Of a stretch of DNA of 64,000 nt, positions 46,014 to 54,902 are shown piece after piece. This DNA comes from an uncultured bacterium (GTDB taxonomy: Bacteria; Krumholzibacteriota; Krumholzibacteriia; Krumholzibacteriales; Krumholzibacteriaceae). The stretch lies in the NCBI GenBank assembly GCA_963813815.1, contig CAWFAD010000007.1:256001-320000 (forward strand), read 5' to 3'. Under the pieces are notes generated by a model. It did not search any database. It saw only the letters and a program-made list of their open reading frames with translations, and had not been told where the DNA came from. Both the position numbers and the translations under genes were made by a program. The first letter of the stretch is position 1. Each line of letters opens with the position of its first letter.

Positions 46014-46668
46014 CGAGGGCGGAATCGCCGTCGCGCCGTCGATGCTCGCGGCGGATTTTTCGCGGCTCGAGAGCGAGATTCGCGCGGTCGAGGCGGCGGG
46101 GGCAGATTGCCTCCACCTCGACGTGATGGACGGCAACTTCGTTCCGAACATCACCTTCGGTCCGGTCGTCGTTTCCTCCATCGCGAAGCTCACGAAGCTG
46201 CCGCTCATAACGCACCTCATGATCCTGCATCCGGAACGCTACGTGAAGGGTTTCGTCGAGGCGGGGAGCCACGCGGTGAGCTTTCACTGGGAGGCCATGG
46301 GGGCGGGGCACGAGGAGGCGCTCGAAGCGATACGCGCCCTGGGCTGCAAGGCGGGCATCGCCGTGAATCCCGCGACTCCGCTCGCCGCGGTCGAGCATCT
46401 CCTTCCCGCGATCGACTTTCTTCTCGTCATGACCGTCGTTCCCGGCTTCGGCGGCCAGGCCTTCATCGCCGAGGCGCTCGGAAAGGCCGTCGAGGCCTCG
46501 CGGCTGCGGGGCGAGAGGGGGCTGCGCTTCGTGATCGAGGTCGACGGCGGCGTGAACCCGCGGAACGCGCGGCTCGTGCGCGAGGCGGGGGGGCAGATTA
46601 TCGTCGCCGGCACGGCGATCTTCGGGAGCGGCGACTACGCCGCCGCCGTGGCCGCCATCCGGGCCTAG
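45985..46668 (+). CDS. rpe: Ribulose-phosphate 3-epimerase
   Basis: HLDVMDG.FVPN, PGFGGQ, VDGG. Confidence 0.96.
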   Translation: MSSLFRRLIDEGGIAVAPSMLAADFSRLESEIRAVEAAGADCLHLDVMDGNFVPNITFGPVVVSSIAKLTKLPLITHLMILHPERYVKGFVEAGSHAVSFHWEAMGAGHEEALEAIRALGCKAGIAVNPATPLAAVEHLLPAIDFLLVMTVVPGFGGQAFIAEALGKAVEASRLRGERGLRFVIEVDGGVNPRNARLVREAGGQIIVAGTAIFGSGDYAAAVAAIRA

Positions 46669-46690
46669 CGCCCATCTTCCGCCGGGGACG

Positions 46691-47122
46691 TCACCCGCCC
46701 AGCGCCTCTCCCGCCCGCAGAATCTCGAGTATTTCGACCGGCAGATAGGCGGGTACGCGCGATCCCTGATACTCGCGCGCGTCGCGGGTGACGATGGCGC
46801 GGGCGCCAGCGTGATACGCCGCCTCCGAGACGATTTCCTTCTCGAAATCGGGAAGCTCTCCGCCGAGGGCCGCCTCGAGGACCGTCCGCGTGACGGGGGC
46901 GATCCCCACGACGGAGAGGAGCCTTCTCAGGTGCCGGCGCGCGCGGGAGGCCCCGGGCGGTTCGGCAACGAGCCGGTGAATCGCGGTGACGGTCGAGGCG
47001 CACACGAGCCCGGAGGCGTCTCCGCGCTCCACGCGCGAGAACAGCTCGACCGCGTCCCCGGAGAACGGCGCGCGGTCGAGGAGCAGGTCGAGAACGGTAT
47101 CCGTGTCGATGAGAATGATCAC
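46691..47122 (-). CDS. PIN-domain (VapC-like) toxin
   Basis: ILIDTDTVLDLLLDRAPF...DFE...IVTRD; GTGA-coupled to the upstream antitoxin. Confidence 0.8.
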   Translation of the reverse strand: MIILIDTDTVLDLLLDRAPFSGDAVELFSRVERGDASGLVCASTVTAIHRLVAEPPGASRARRHLRRLLSVVGIAPVTRTVLEAALGGELPDFEKEIVSEAAYHAGARAIVTRDAREYQGSRVPAYLPVEILEILRAGEALGG

Positions 47123-47355
47123 GGCCGTCCTCCTTCCGCGGCTTCCCCGGCGGCGTCGCGGCGAGGGCCTCGCAGCGCGCCGCGCAGCGCAGAGACGCGG
47201 GGGGTCGGCTCGATCGTCCTCGCGCGGCGCGTTTCCTCGAGCGCGCTCAGGAGATCGGCGATGAGGCGGGAGAGCGACGTCCCACGCGCGCGCGCCCGCT
47301 TCTTGGCCCGGAGGACGAGCCGGTCGTCGATGCGCACGGTGAGCTTTGTTTCCAT
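47119..47355 (-). CDS. RHH antitoxin (DUF6364-like)
   Basis: METKLTVRID...AK..A...GTSLSRLI; AAGGAGG RBS. Confidence 0.8.
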   Translation of the reverse strand: METKLTVRIDDRLVLRAKKRARARGTSLSRLIADLLSALEETRRARTIEPTPRVSALRGALRGPRRDAAGEAAEGGRP

Positions 47356-47375
47356 GGCGGCCTCCTTGAGTCAAA

Positions 47376-47425
47376 TGCCGTATATAAATCGATATATTTA
47401 TACGGCACGCTGCATTTTTTGTCAA
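47376..47425 (-). promoter_or_regulatory. TA promoter with overlapping palindromic operator
   Basis: TTGACA-17-TATAAA; tgccgtata-N14-tatacggca. Confidence 0.75.
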
Positions 47426-47501
47426 GCGGAACGGTGATTTGGCTTGCGAAAGCGGGCCGGACGGTGCTACGTTCAATACTTCCCAGGGAGGAACGGCAGT
47501 C

Positions 47502-48824
47502 GTGTTTCAGGATCTGAGCGATAAGTTCGCCCGCGTATTCAAGGATCTCCGCGGGCACGGGAAGGTTCGAGCGGCGCACGTCGAGGGCGCGATGCGCGAG
47601 GTGCGCCGGGCTCTGCTCGAGGCGGACGTCAATTACAAGGTCGCGCGGGAGTTCGTCGCGCGCGTGAGCGAGCGCTCGCTCGGACAGAAGGTGCTCGACA
47701 GCCTCACGCCCGATCAGCAGATCGTGAAGATCGTCCACGAGGAGCTCGTGTCGCTCCTCGGCGCGAAGAGCGCTGCGTTCAACCTGTCGGGCAATCCCGC
47801 CGGGGTCATGATCGTCGGGTTGCAGGGATCGGGTAAGACGAGCTTCGCGGCGAAGCTCGCCGTGCACGTCCGCAAGAAGGGGCGGCGCCCGCTCCTCGTG
47901 GCGGCGGACATTTACCGGCCCGCCGCGGTGGAGCAGCTCTCCGTGCTCGCCCGGCAGATCGGCGTTCCCGTGTACGCCCCGGGAACGAACCTTCCCGTGA
48001 CGGAGATCGTCGAGGGCGGCATTCGGCAGGCGCGCCGCGATCTCTGCGACACGGTCATCGTCGACACGGCGGGGCGCCTGCACATCGACGGCGAAATGAT
48101 GGCGGAGCTCGTCGCGGCGAAGCGGGTGCTCGAGCCGGAGGAGACGCTGCTCGTTCTCGACAGCATGACCGGCCAGGAAGCGGTGCGCGTCGCCGGGGAG
48201 TTCCAGCGCGAGGTGGGTTACTCGGGAGCGGTTCTCACGAAGCTCGACGGCGACGCGCGCGGCGGCGCCGCGCTGTCGGTGGCGAGCGTCACCGGCAAGC
48301 CGATCCTCTTCGCGTGCGTGGGGGAAAAGGTCGACGATCTCGAGCCCTTCCATCCGGACCGCATGGCGAGCCGGATCCTCGGCATGGGGGACGTGCTGTC
48401 CCTCATCGAGAGGGCCCAGGAGACGATGGACGTCAAGGAAGCCGAGGCGCTCGAGCGCAAGCTTCGGAAGGAATCGTTCACGCTCGAGGATTTCCTCGGC
48501 GAGCTGCAGCGGCTCCGCAAAATGGGCCCGCTCGAGCAGGTGCTCGGCATGATCCCCGGCGTCAAGTTCCGCGGCGTCGCGCCGGGCGACGCCGGCGAAA
48601 AGGAGCTTCGGAAGATCGAGGCGATCATCCGCTCGATGACCCCGGAAGAGCGGCGTTCGCCGCAGATCATCGACGGGAGCCGCCGCAGGCGGATCGCCGC
48701 AGGAAGCGGAACGAGTGCGCAGGACGTGAACCGTCTCCTCGGGCGGTTTCAGGAAATGCGCAAGATGATGAAGCGTTTTTCGAAGATGGCGGGTTCGTTC
48801 AATTTCGAGCTGCCCGCCCAGTAA
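47502..48824 (+). CDS. ffh: Signal recognition particle protein
   Basis: GLQGSGKT, DTAGR, TKLDG, SMTPEER, RIAAGSG. Confidence 0.97.
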   Translation: MFQDLSDKFARVFKDLRGHGKVRAAHVEGAMREVRRALLEADVNYKVAREFVARVSERSLGQKVLDSLTPDQQIVKIVHEELVSLLGAKSAAFNLSGNPAGVMIVGLQGSGKTSFAAKLAVHVRKKGRRPLLVAADIYRPAAVEQLSVLARQIGVPVYAPGTNLPVTEIVEGGIRQARRDLCDTVIVDTAGRLHIDGEMMAELVAAKRVLEPEETLLVLDSMTGQEAVRVAGEFQREVGYSGAVLTKLDGDARGGAALSVASVTGKPILFACVGEKVDDLEPFHPDRMASRILGMGDVLSLIERAQETMDVKEAEALERKLRKESFTLEDFLGELQRLRKMGPLEQVLGMIPGVKFRGVAPGDAGEKELRKIEAIIRSMTPEERRSPQIIDGSRRRRIAAGSGTSAQDVNRLLGRFQEMRKMMKRFSKMAGSFNFELPAQ

Positions 48825-48852
48825 CGTGCGGAATCTCAACCGGAGGTAGGAT

Positions 48853-49284
48853 TTGTCGGTCAAACTCAGAATGAGGCGAATGGGCACCAAGAAGCGTCCG
48901 TTCTACCGCGTGGTCGCGATCGACAGCCGCATGGCCCGCGACGGCAGGTTCATCGACATTATCGGCTTCTACAACCCGATGGTGAACCCGCCCGAGATCA
49001 AGATGGACGACGACAAGGTGTATCAGTGGCTCAGGAACGGCGCCACGCCGTCGGAGAAGGTCCGCGAGCTGTTCCGCAGGATCGGTCTCATGGAAAAGTG
49101 GAGCCTCGTCAAGTCGGGCGTCGCGATAGGCGATCTCGACGCCAGGCTCGAGGAACGCCGCGCGAAGCAGCCGCGCCGGGCCGCGGACGCCGTGAAAAAG
49201 AAGCGGCCGAACAAGAAGCAGGCGGCGAAGGCGGCGAAGGCCGCGACCGAAAAGGCCGAGGCGAAGAGCGGGGAGTCCGCGTAA
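48853..49284 (+). CDS. rpsP: 30S ribosomal protein S16 with Lys/Ala-rich C-terminal extension
   Basis: VKLRMRRMG.KKRPFYRVV...RDG; TTG start after GGAGG. Confidence 0.96.
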   Translation: MSVKLRMRRMGTKKRPFYRVVAIDSRMARDGRFIDIIGFYNPMVNPPEIKMDDDKVYQWLRNGATPSEKVRELFRRIGLMEKWSLVKSGVAIGDLDARLEERRAKQPRRAADAVKKKRPNKKQAAKAAKAATEKAEAKSGESA

Positions 49285-49356
49285 AACGGCGGGAGCGGTC
49301 GGGGGGGAGCGCCGCGGGGCGCGCGATCCCGCCCGTTCCAAACGCAGAGGAAGTGC

Positions 49357-49602
49357 ATGAGCCTTCAGAAGATCAAGACGATGGTCCGGAAGATTTCCGA
49401 GATGCTCGTCGACAACCCCGACAAGATCGTCCTCGTGGACGAGAAGCGGGACGATACGCACATCATCGTGCTGTCGGTCGATAAATCGGACGTCGGCAAA
49501 ATCATCGGCAGGAGCGGCCAGACGGCCAAGGCGCTTCGCGCGCTCGTCAACGCGTCGGCGACGCGACTCGGCGAAAAGGTGCTCCTCGAGATCCGCGAGT
49601 AG
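49357..49602 (+). CDS. khpA: KH-domain RNA-binding protein
   Basis: DVGKIIGRSGQTAKALR; synteny. Confidence 0.92.
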   Translation: MSLQKIKTMVRKISEMLVDNPDKIVLVDEKRDDTHIIVLSVDKSDVGKIIGRSGQTAKALRALVNASATRLGEKVLLEIRE

Positions 49603-49627
49603 AGCGTCAGGCGGAGGTGCACGCGAC

Positions 49628-50149
49628 ATGGCCGCACGGGCCGTTCTCGGGACCATCGTGAATACGGTCGGCCTCAGGGGAGAGGTGAAGCTGCTTCTCG
49701 CTCCCGATTTTTGGCCGGAGGCGCTCGATGCGGACGGCATCGCCATCGTCGCGGAGGGCGCGGTCGTGGGAACGGCGCGCGTCACCCGGTGGCGCGAGAA
49801 GGGGAGGACGCTCGTTCTCACGCTCGAAGGGGTCGGCACGATCGAGCAGGCGGAAGCGCTCGTCGGCTCGAGCCTCGTGCTCGAGCTCGGCGGCGTCGAT
49901 CCGGAATCCGGACCGGGACGCCTGCTGCCGTGCCAGTACATCGGACTCGACGTCCGGCTTCCGGACGGGTCCGTGCTCGGCGTCGTCGTGGATATGTTGC
50001 TCGGCCCCGCCCAGAATTGCCTCATCGTCGAGCGCGACGGCGAGCGGCTCCTCGTGCCGGAGAGCCCCGGCATCGTGAAACGCGTGGCGGTCGAAGAAGG
50101 AGTCATCGAGATCGATCCCCCGGCGGGGCTCTTCGATCTGCGGTGGTGA
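49628..50149 (+). CDS. rimM: Ribosome maturation factor RimM
   Basis: GLRGEVK; C-terminal PRC barrel; synteny. Confidence 0.88.
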   Translation: MAARAVLGTIVNTVGLRGEVKLLLAPDFWPEALDADGIAIVAEGAVVGTARVTRWREKGRTLVLTLEGVGTIEQAEALVGSSLVLELGGVDPESGPGRLLPCQYIGLDVRLPDGSVLGVVVDMLLGPAQNCLIVERDGERLLVPESPGIVKRVAVEEGVIEIDPPAGLFDLRW

Positions 50150-50154
50150 CGGAT

Positions 50155-50871
50155 ATGGACATCTATTTCATAACGATCTTTCCCGAGATGTTCCGCGAGG
50201 CGCTCGCCGCCGGCATGACCGGCATCGCCGAGCGCAACGGCGCCGTCCGCTACCACGTCGTCAATCTGCGCGATTTCGCCGAGGACCGCTACGGCTCGGT
50301 GGACGATTACCCCTACGGCGGCGGTCCGGGGATGATCCTCATGGCGCCGCCGCTCGTCCGGGCGGTCGAGTCGATTCGTCCGCCGGGCGAGGGGGGCGAC
50401 GCCCCCGTCATCCTGCTCTCGCCGTGCGGCGAGGCGTTCACGCAGGCGAAGGCCCACGAGCTCGCCTCGAAACGGGCGCTCGTCTTCATCTGCGGGCGCT
50501 ACAAGGGAGTCGACGAGCGGGTGCGCGAGCTCGTCGTTTCGGAGAGCGTCTCGATCGGGGACTATATACTGAGCGGCGGGGAGCTCGCGGCGCTCGTCGT
50601 GACGGACGCCGTCATCCGCTGTCTCCCGAACGTCATCGGCGACGAACGTTCGCGCGACACCGATTCGTTCTCGGCGGAGCGCGAGTTCTCTCTCGATGCG
50701 GCGTACTACACGAGGCCGCCGGAGTTCCGCGGCCTGCCGGTGCCGGAGGTGCTCGTCTCGGGGAACCACGCCCGCATCGCGGAGTGGCGCGAGCGCTCGG
50801 CTCGCGAACGCACCGAGCGCCACCGGCCCGATCTCATCGCGAAAGCGCGTTTACAAGGAAGCAACGAGTAA
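50155..50871 (+). CDS. trmD: tRNA (guanine37-N1)-methyltransferase
   Basis: DDYPYGGGPGM, CGRYKGVDER, SIGDYILSGGE. Confidence 0.97.
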   Translation: MDIYFITIFPEMFREALAAGMTGIAERNGAVRYHVVNLRDFAEDRYGSVDDYPYGGGPGMILMAPPLVRAVESIRPPGEGGDAPVILLSPCGEAFTQAKAHELASKRALVFICGRYKGVDERVRELVVSESVSIGDYILSGGELAALVVTDAVIRCLPNVIGDERSRDTDSFSAEREFSLDAAYYTRPPEFRGLPVPEVLVSGNHARIAEWRERSARERTERHRPDLIAKARLQGSNE

Positions 50872-50880
50872 GGAGGCCCC

Positions 50881-51237
50881 ATGGATATTCTCAGTCAGAT
50901 CGCGGCGAAACGAATGAAGGAATCGGTCCCCGTCTTCAGCGTCGGAGACACCGTGCGCGTCGACGTGCGCGTCGTCGAGGCGGGGCGGGAGCGCGTGCAG
51001 GCGTTTCAGGGCATCATCGTGCAGCGCCGCGGCTCCGGCCTCGGCGAGACGTTCACCGTGCGCAAGGTGAGCCAGGGCGTCGGCGTCGAGCGCATCTTTC
51101 CGCTCCATTCGCCGAACGTCGCGGCGATTCGCGTGCTCCGCAGGGGCAAGGTGCGCAGGGCGAAGCTCTTCTACCTGCGCCAGCTCATGGGCAAGGCCGC
51201 GCGCATCGAAGAGAAGACGGAGAGAATCGAGGAGTGA
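50881..51237 (+). CDS. rplS: 50S ribosomal protein L19
   Basis: [24 protein letters not shown]. Confidence 0.98.
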   Translation: MDILSQIAAKRMKESVPVFSVGDTVRVDVRVVEAGRERVQAFQGIIVQRRGSGLGETFTVRKVSQGVGVERIFPLHSPNVAAIRVLRRGKVRRAKLFYLRQLMGKAARIEEKTERIEE

Positions 51238-51896
51238 GCGTGTCCCGCCGGGTCGCCTTCGATGAGCTGATCCGGTTCGACCGGCTGCGCCTCGCGCGCT
51301 CCGTGGGGGTTCTCGCGGGAGTCGACGAGGCGGGGCGGGGGGCGCTCGCGGGCCCCGTGGTGGCCGCGGCCGTGGTCTGCGAGCCGTGCGATGCGCTCTC
51401 GCGCGTTCGCGATTCGAAGCTCGTCCCCGAGGAAGAGCGCGAACGGCTTCACGATCTCATCCTCGAGCGCTGCGCGGCCCATGGAGTCGGCGTCGTCGAG
51501 CCCGGCGAGATCGACCGCATGAACATACTGCGGGCGACGCTCGAGGCGATGCGCATGGCGGTCGAGGGGCTCGGGGTCGCGCCCGATCTGCTGCTCGTCG
51601 ACGGGATACATCTCCCCCCCGTGGGAGTTCCCGCGACGGCGATTCCGGGAGGCGACCGCAAGAGCTTCGTCGTCGCGGCCGCCTCGATCGTGGCAAAGGT
51701 GACGAGGGATCGCATCATGCGTGAGCGCTCCGCGATCTTCGAGGGGTACGGGTTCACGAAGAACAAGGGATACGGCACGAGGGAGCACATAGAGGCGATT
51801 CGGCGCAACGGCAGAACGGAGATCCACCGGATGAGCTTTCGCGTCCGGGAGCAGTTGCGCCTCGATTTGGGCGGGGAGGATCCGGCGCGGCGGTGA
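51234..51896 (+). CDS. rnhB: Ribonuclease HII
   Basis: [31 protein letters not shown]. Confidence 0.96.
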   Translation: MSVSRRVAFDELIRFDRLRLARSVGVLAGVDEAGRGALAGPVVAAAVVCEPCDALSRVRDSKLVPEEERERLHDLILERCAAHGVGVVEPGEIDRMNILRATLEAMRMAVEGLGVAPDLLLVDGIHLPPVGVPATAIPGGDRKSFVVAAASIVAKVTRDRIMRERSAIFEGYGFTKNKGYGTREHIEAIRRNGRTEIHRMSFRVREQLRLDLGGEDPARR

Positions 51897-51920
51897 GGCG
51901 GGGGGAGGGCCGGGAAAGGG

Positions 51921-52298
51921 GTGGCGGCGGTGGCGGAAGGAAGAGTTCTGGCAGGGAGGCTCGGCGAGCGGATCGCGGCGGATTATCTCGAGCTCGCCGG
52001 GTGCGCGATTCTCGGGCGCAACGTTCGCGCCGGGCATCTCGAGGTCGATCTCATCGTGAGGGACGGCCCCTGCGTCGCGTTCGTCGAGGTAAAGCTGCGG
52101 CGCGGCGATTCCTTCGGCGGGGCTCTCGAGGCGGTTTCTCCCTGCAAGCTCGGCCGGCTTCGCCGGGCGGCGAGAATGTGCCTCGCATCGATTCCCGCGG
52201 TGCGCCTCGCCGGAGAGTATCGCTTCGATCTCGTGGCTCTCGACGTCGATCCGGGGGGCGGCGGGCTGGTGCTGCGGCACCTCAAGGGGATCGCGTAG
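51921..52298 (+). CDS. yraN: YraN (UPF0102) family protein
   Basis: GE..AA.YL, EVDLI, FVEVK, RFD. Confidence 0.92.
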   Translation: MAAVAEGRVLAGRLGERIAADYLELAGCAILGRNVRAGHLEVDLIVRDGPCVAFVEVKLRRGDSFGGALEAVSPCKLGRLRRAARMCLASIPAVRLAGEYRFDLVALDVDPGGGGLVLRHLKGIA

Positions 52299-52380
52299 AA
52301 AATGGCTTGATTTGGCGGCGTAAGGTCTCTATCTTTTCGGCATACGAGGAACCGCGGTCGTCAAGGAGGGATTCGCGACA

Positions 52381-52986
52381 ATGACATCCAGGATATCCAT
52401 TCTGGCCTTTTTCGTCCTGTTCGCCTTCTCCGGGTGCAGCACCGTCGACAAGATGGTCAAGAAGGACATTCCCATCGAGGAAAAGGACCAGCTCGAGGAG
52501 ACCTACGACGGCAGGACCGCCTGGACGAGGTCCTTGCTCGTCGACCTCGGTCCCGAAGGCGTCATCGACCGCGACATACAGGTCAAGATCATCAGTCTCG
52601 ATCTCCACTGGAACGGCGCAGTCACGGTCGAGGGACCCGGCCGCCGCCGGATTCGCCACGGGCTCGAAATCGAGCGCCCGCTCACGATGCAGGCGGTCGA
52701 GCAGAAGCTGAGCCGGCTCTTTTGGTTCCACAAGCCCGAGTATCGCTACCGCATGAATCTCCGCAAGTACGGCAAGAAGGCCGCCAAGGCCATCTTCGAG
52801 CATCAGCTCTTCAAGGGAATGAAGCGGGACGCGGCGCTCGATTCGTGGGGCTACCCCGACGAGATGAACAGCATCGACCTCGGCGGAAACCTCCAGGAGC
52901 AGTGGATCTACAGGGACGTGCGGCAGAAAACGAAGAAACGCTACATCTACATCGTCGACGGAATCGTCGAGAACTGGGAAGAGTAG
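52381..52986 (+). CDS. Hypothetical lipoprotein with SmpA/BamE-like C-terminal motif
   Basis: FSGC lipobox; GM......SWGYP...EQWIY. Confidence 0.75.
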   Translation: MTSRISILAFFVLFAFSGCSTVDKMVKKDIPIEEKDQLEETYDGRTAWTRSLLVDLGPEGVIDRDIQVKIISLDLHWNGAVTVEGPGRRRIRHGLEIERPLTMQAVEQKLSRLFWFHKPEYRYRMNLRKYGKKAAKAIFEHQLFKGMKRDAALDSWGYPDEMNSIDLGGNLQEQWIYRDVRQKTKKRYIYIVDGIVENWEE

Positions 52987-53055
52987 GGCGCGCCGCGCGG
53001 CGTCATTCCTCGAGAGACGGCTGCGCCGCCGCCCGGGCGGCGCGGGCTCCGGGGC

Positions 53056-53177
53056 AAAAAAAGTCCCCGCTGGAAAGTGGGGGGATTGTCCTGGGACGCA
53101 TCTCTTGAGTCAAGAGCTGAGCCCGCGGTTATTTTTTTCCAAGACAATCAGCCAACACTGTTTCAGCAGGGACCTCC
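53056..53177 (-). ncRNA. Candidate ~120 nt rod-shaped small RNA
   Basis: Perfect promoter upstream; 5'/3' ends pair; T7 tract; no credible ORF. Confidence 0.65.
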
Positions 53178-53183
53178 ATACGC

Positions 53184-53212
53184 ATTATATCCGCGTTTTG
53201 AGAATCTGTCAA
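53184..53212 (-). promoter_or_regulatory. Perfect-consensus sigma70 promoter
   Basis: TTGACA-17-TATAAT on the minus strand. Confidence 0.85.
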
Positions 53213-53246
53213 CGAGCCCGCCTCTATTCGGCCGCCCCGTGCCCGT

Positions 53247-54203
53247 TTATCCGGGTTCTTCCGCCGCGCGACTCCGGTTCGGCCCTCCCTGCGCGAGCCA
53301 GAGGCCGAAGAGAACGACGGCGCTTCCGAGGACGAAGAGGCCGGTGATCTCTTCCTCGAAGAAGCAGTAGCCGAAGAGCGCCGCGAGCGGGGGATTGAGG
53401 TAGACGTAGGAGGCCACCTCCGTCGCCGGAAGCCGCGAGAGCGCCGCTACCCAGATGAGAAATCCCACGATCGTGCACAGCACCGAGAGGTGCGCGAGGG
53501 CCCCCCATTGCCGCCACGTGAGCGCCCCCATCGCGCGAAAGAACTCCGCGTCGGCGAACACGAGGAAGGGGATCGTGCCGATGACGAGCGTGAGATAGGT
53601 GACGACGATCGGAGAGGAGCGCCCGAGCAGATCCTTGCCGATGACCGTGTAGATCGACCAGCAGAGCGGCGCGAGCGCCGTGATGAGCACGTAGCGCAGC
53701 TCCGCGTTCGACACCGACGCGACCCTCCCGAGCCCGACGCGCCCCCACCGAACGACGAGATACAGTCCGGCGAAAGCGATGGCGATGCCGAGCACGCGCC
53801 GCGGCGGCACACGCTCCTTGAGGAACAGGATCGCGAGGGCGAGTATGAAGAGGGGGGCGAGGGTCGTGAGTAGCGAGGCCGCGCCCGGTTTGACCTCGCT
53901 CTGGCCGGTGTAGAGGAAAAAGTTGTAGCCCGCCACCCCCGTGAGCCCCATCGCGATCACCTTGAGCGGCGCCGCCCGGAGGATCGAGATCGCGTCCCTG
54001 CGGCGCGCCGGCGACAGGAGCAGGAAGAGCAGGCAAAAGACCGATACCGGAAGAAACCGCGCGAGTACGAGCTCCATGGGATCGAACGTCTCGAGGAGAT
54101 ATTTGATGGCGGTGAACGAGTTGGACCAGATCACGAAGAGCAGCACGAGGAGCGCCCTCATCGCCGGGGCCGGTATGGGCCTGCTCGAGGTCTCGGAAGC
54201 CAT
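53247..54203 (-). CDS. DMT/EamA family transporter
   Basis: About 10 TMs; two EamA repeats (W..SF.AIK, LKE, YLNP, FFEE). Confidence 0.9.
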   Translation of the reverse strand: MASETSSRPIPAPAMRALLVLLFVIWSNSFTAIKYLLETFDPMELVLARFLPVSVFCLLFLLLSPARRRDAISILRAAPLKVIAMGLTGVAGYNFFLYTGQSEVKPGAASLLTTLAPLFILALAILFLKERVPPRRVLGIAIAFAGLYLVVRWGRVGLGRVASVSNAELRYVLITALAPLCWSIYTVIGKDLLGRSSPIVVTYLTLVIGTIPFLVFADAEFFRAMGALTWRQWGALAHLSVLCTIVGFLIWVAALSRLPATEVASYVYLNPPLAALFGYCFFEEEITGLFVLGSAVVLFGLWLAQGGPNRSRAAEEPG

Positions 54204-54327
54204 GAGGAACCTTTCGGAGCGCCGAGGAGCGCCTTGAAACGACAAGGCGGCATATGGTACAATAAGGATGTGCAGGGTGGCAAGTGAAGCATCAAAGGGT
54301 CTGCAACAGCGAAAGGATGTGGGGGTA

Positions 54328-54672
54328 ATGGTCAAACGAATCATACTCCTCATGGCCCTCGTAGCCCTGCTCGGAACCACCGCCACCCAGGCGGTTACCG
54401 TCGGCAAGGGGAAGCGGGGACGCAACTTAGCCCGCTCGATCTACTACGTCGAGCAGCTCGAGAACGACAAGCACGCCGTGTACGAAAAGCACGGATTTCC
54501 CGTTCATAGGCTCCGCGAGCGGTGCGCGGGGCGGGTCGTCGAGCGGTGGACGTACTACGAGCTCGGGCTCGAGTTCACATTCGACGAGTCATCGCTGATC
54601 GTCGAAACGAGGACGTTTCTCCCCGAGGCGAGGCGCGAGGGGATCGAGAGGTTTCCCATACAGCGGTACTGA
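54328..54672 (+). CDS. Small secreted hypothetical protein
   Basis: Signal peptide (ATQA); HGFP...ERWTY...FTF. Confidence 0.7.
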   Translation: MVKRIILLMALVALLGTTATQAVTVGKGKRGRNLARSIYYVEQLENDKHAVYEKHGFPVHRLRERCAGRVVERWTYYELGLEFTFDESSLIVETRTFLPEARREGIERFPIQRY

Positions 54673-54718
54673 GTATCTTCGCAGCTGGGGTGCGTGAGGG
54701 CTGCCCATCTCAGCCCGA

Positions 54719-54762
54719 GACCGGGGGCGGGGAGATATTTCTCTCTCGCCCCCGGTCCTTTT
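54719..54762 (+). terminator. Intrinsic terminator, preceded by a second hairpin at 54684-54714
   Basis: gaccgggggcggggaga...tctctcgcccccggtc-ctttt. Confidence 0.75.
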
Positions 54763-54790
54763 GAGCGGCCTCCGTACGGGGAAAAAATAG

Positions 54791-54876
54791 TTGAATTATC
54801 AAGCCATAGTTGATATATTGCCCGGCGTAGGATTCATGGCGCCGCGCAAGAGTTGGTTCTCAACCAATTGTTGATA
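54791..54876 (+). promoter_or_regulatory. lat promoter with two TCAA-N7-TTGA operators
   Basis: TTGAAT-17-TATATT; tatcaa-gccatag-ttgata; tctcaa-ccaattg-ttgata. Confidence 0.65.
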
Positions 54877-54902
54877 AATCAATTAAACTGGAGAGGTGAT
54901 TC

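Noticed and set aside
46669..47440. Mobile element around the TA pair
   Set aside because: No transposase, integrase, terminal repeats or target duplication seen.
53056..53177. 6S RNA
   Set aside because: About 120 nt versus the usual ~180, with no recognisable conserved 6S segments; not excluded without cmscan.
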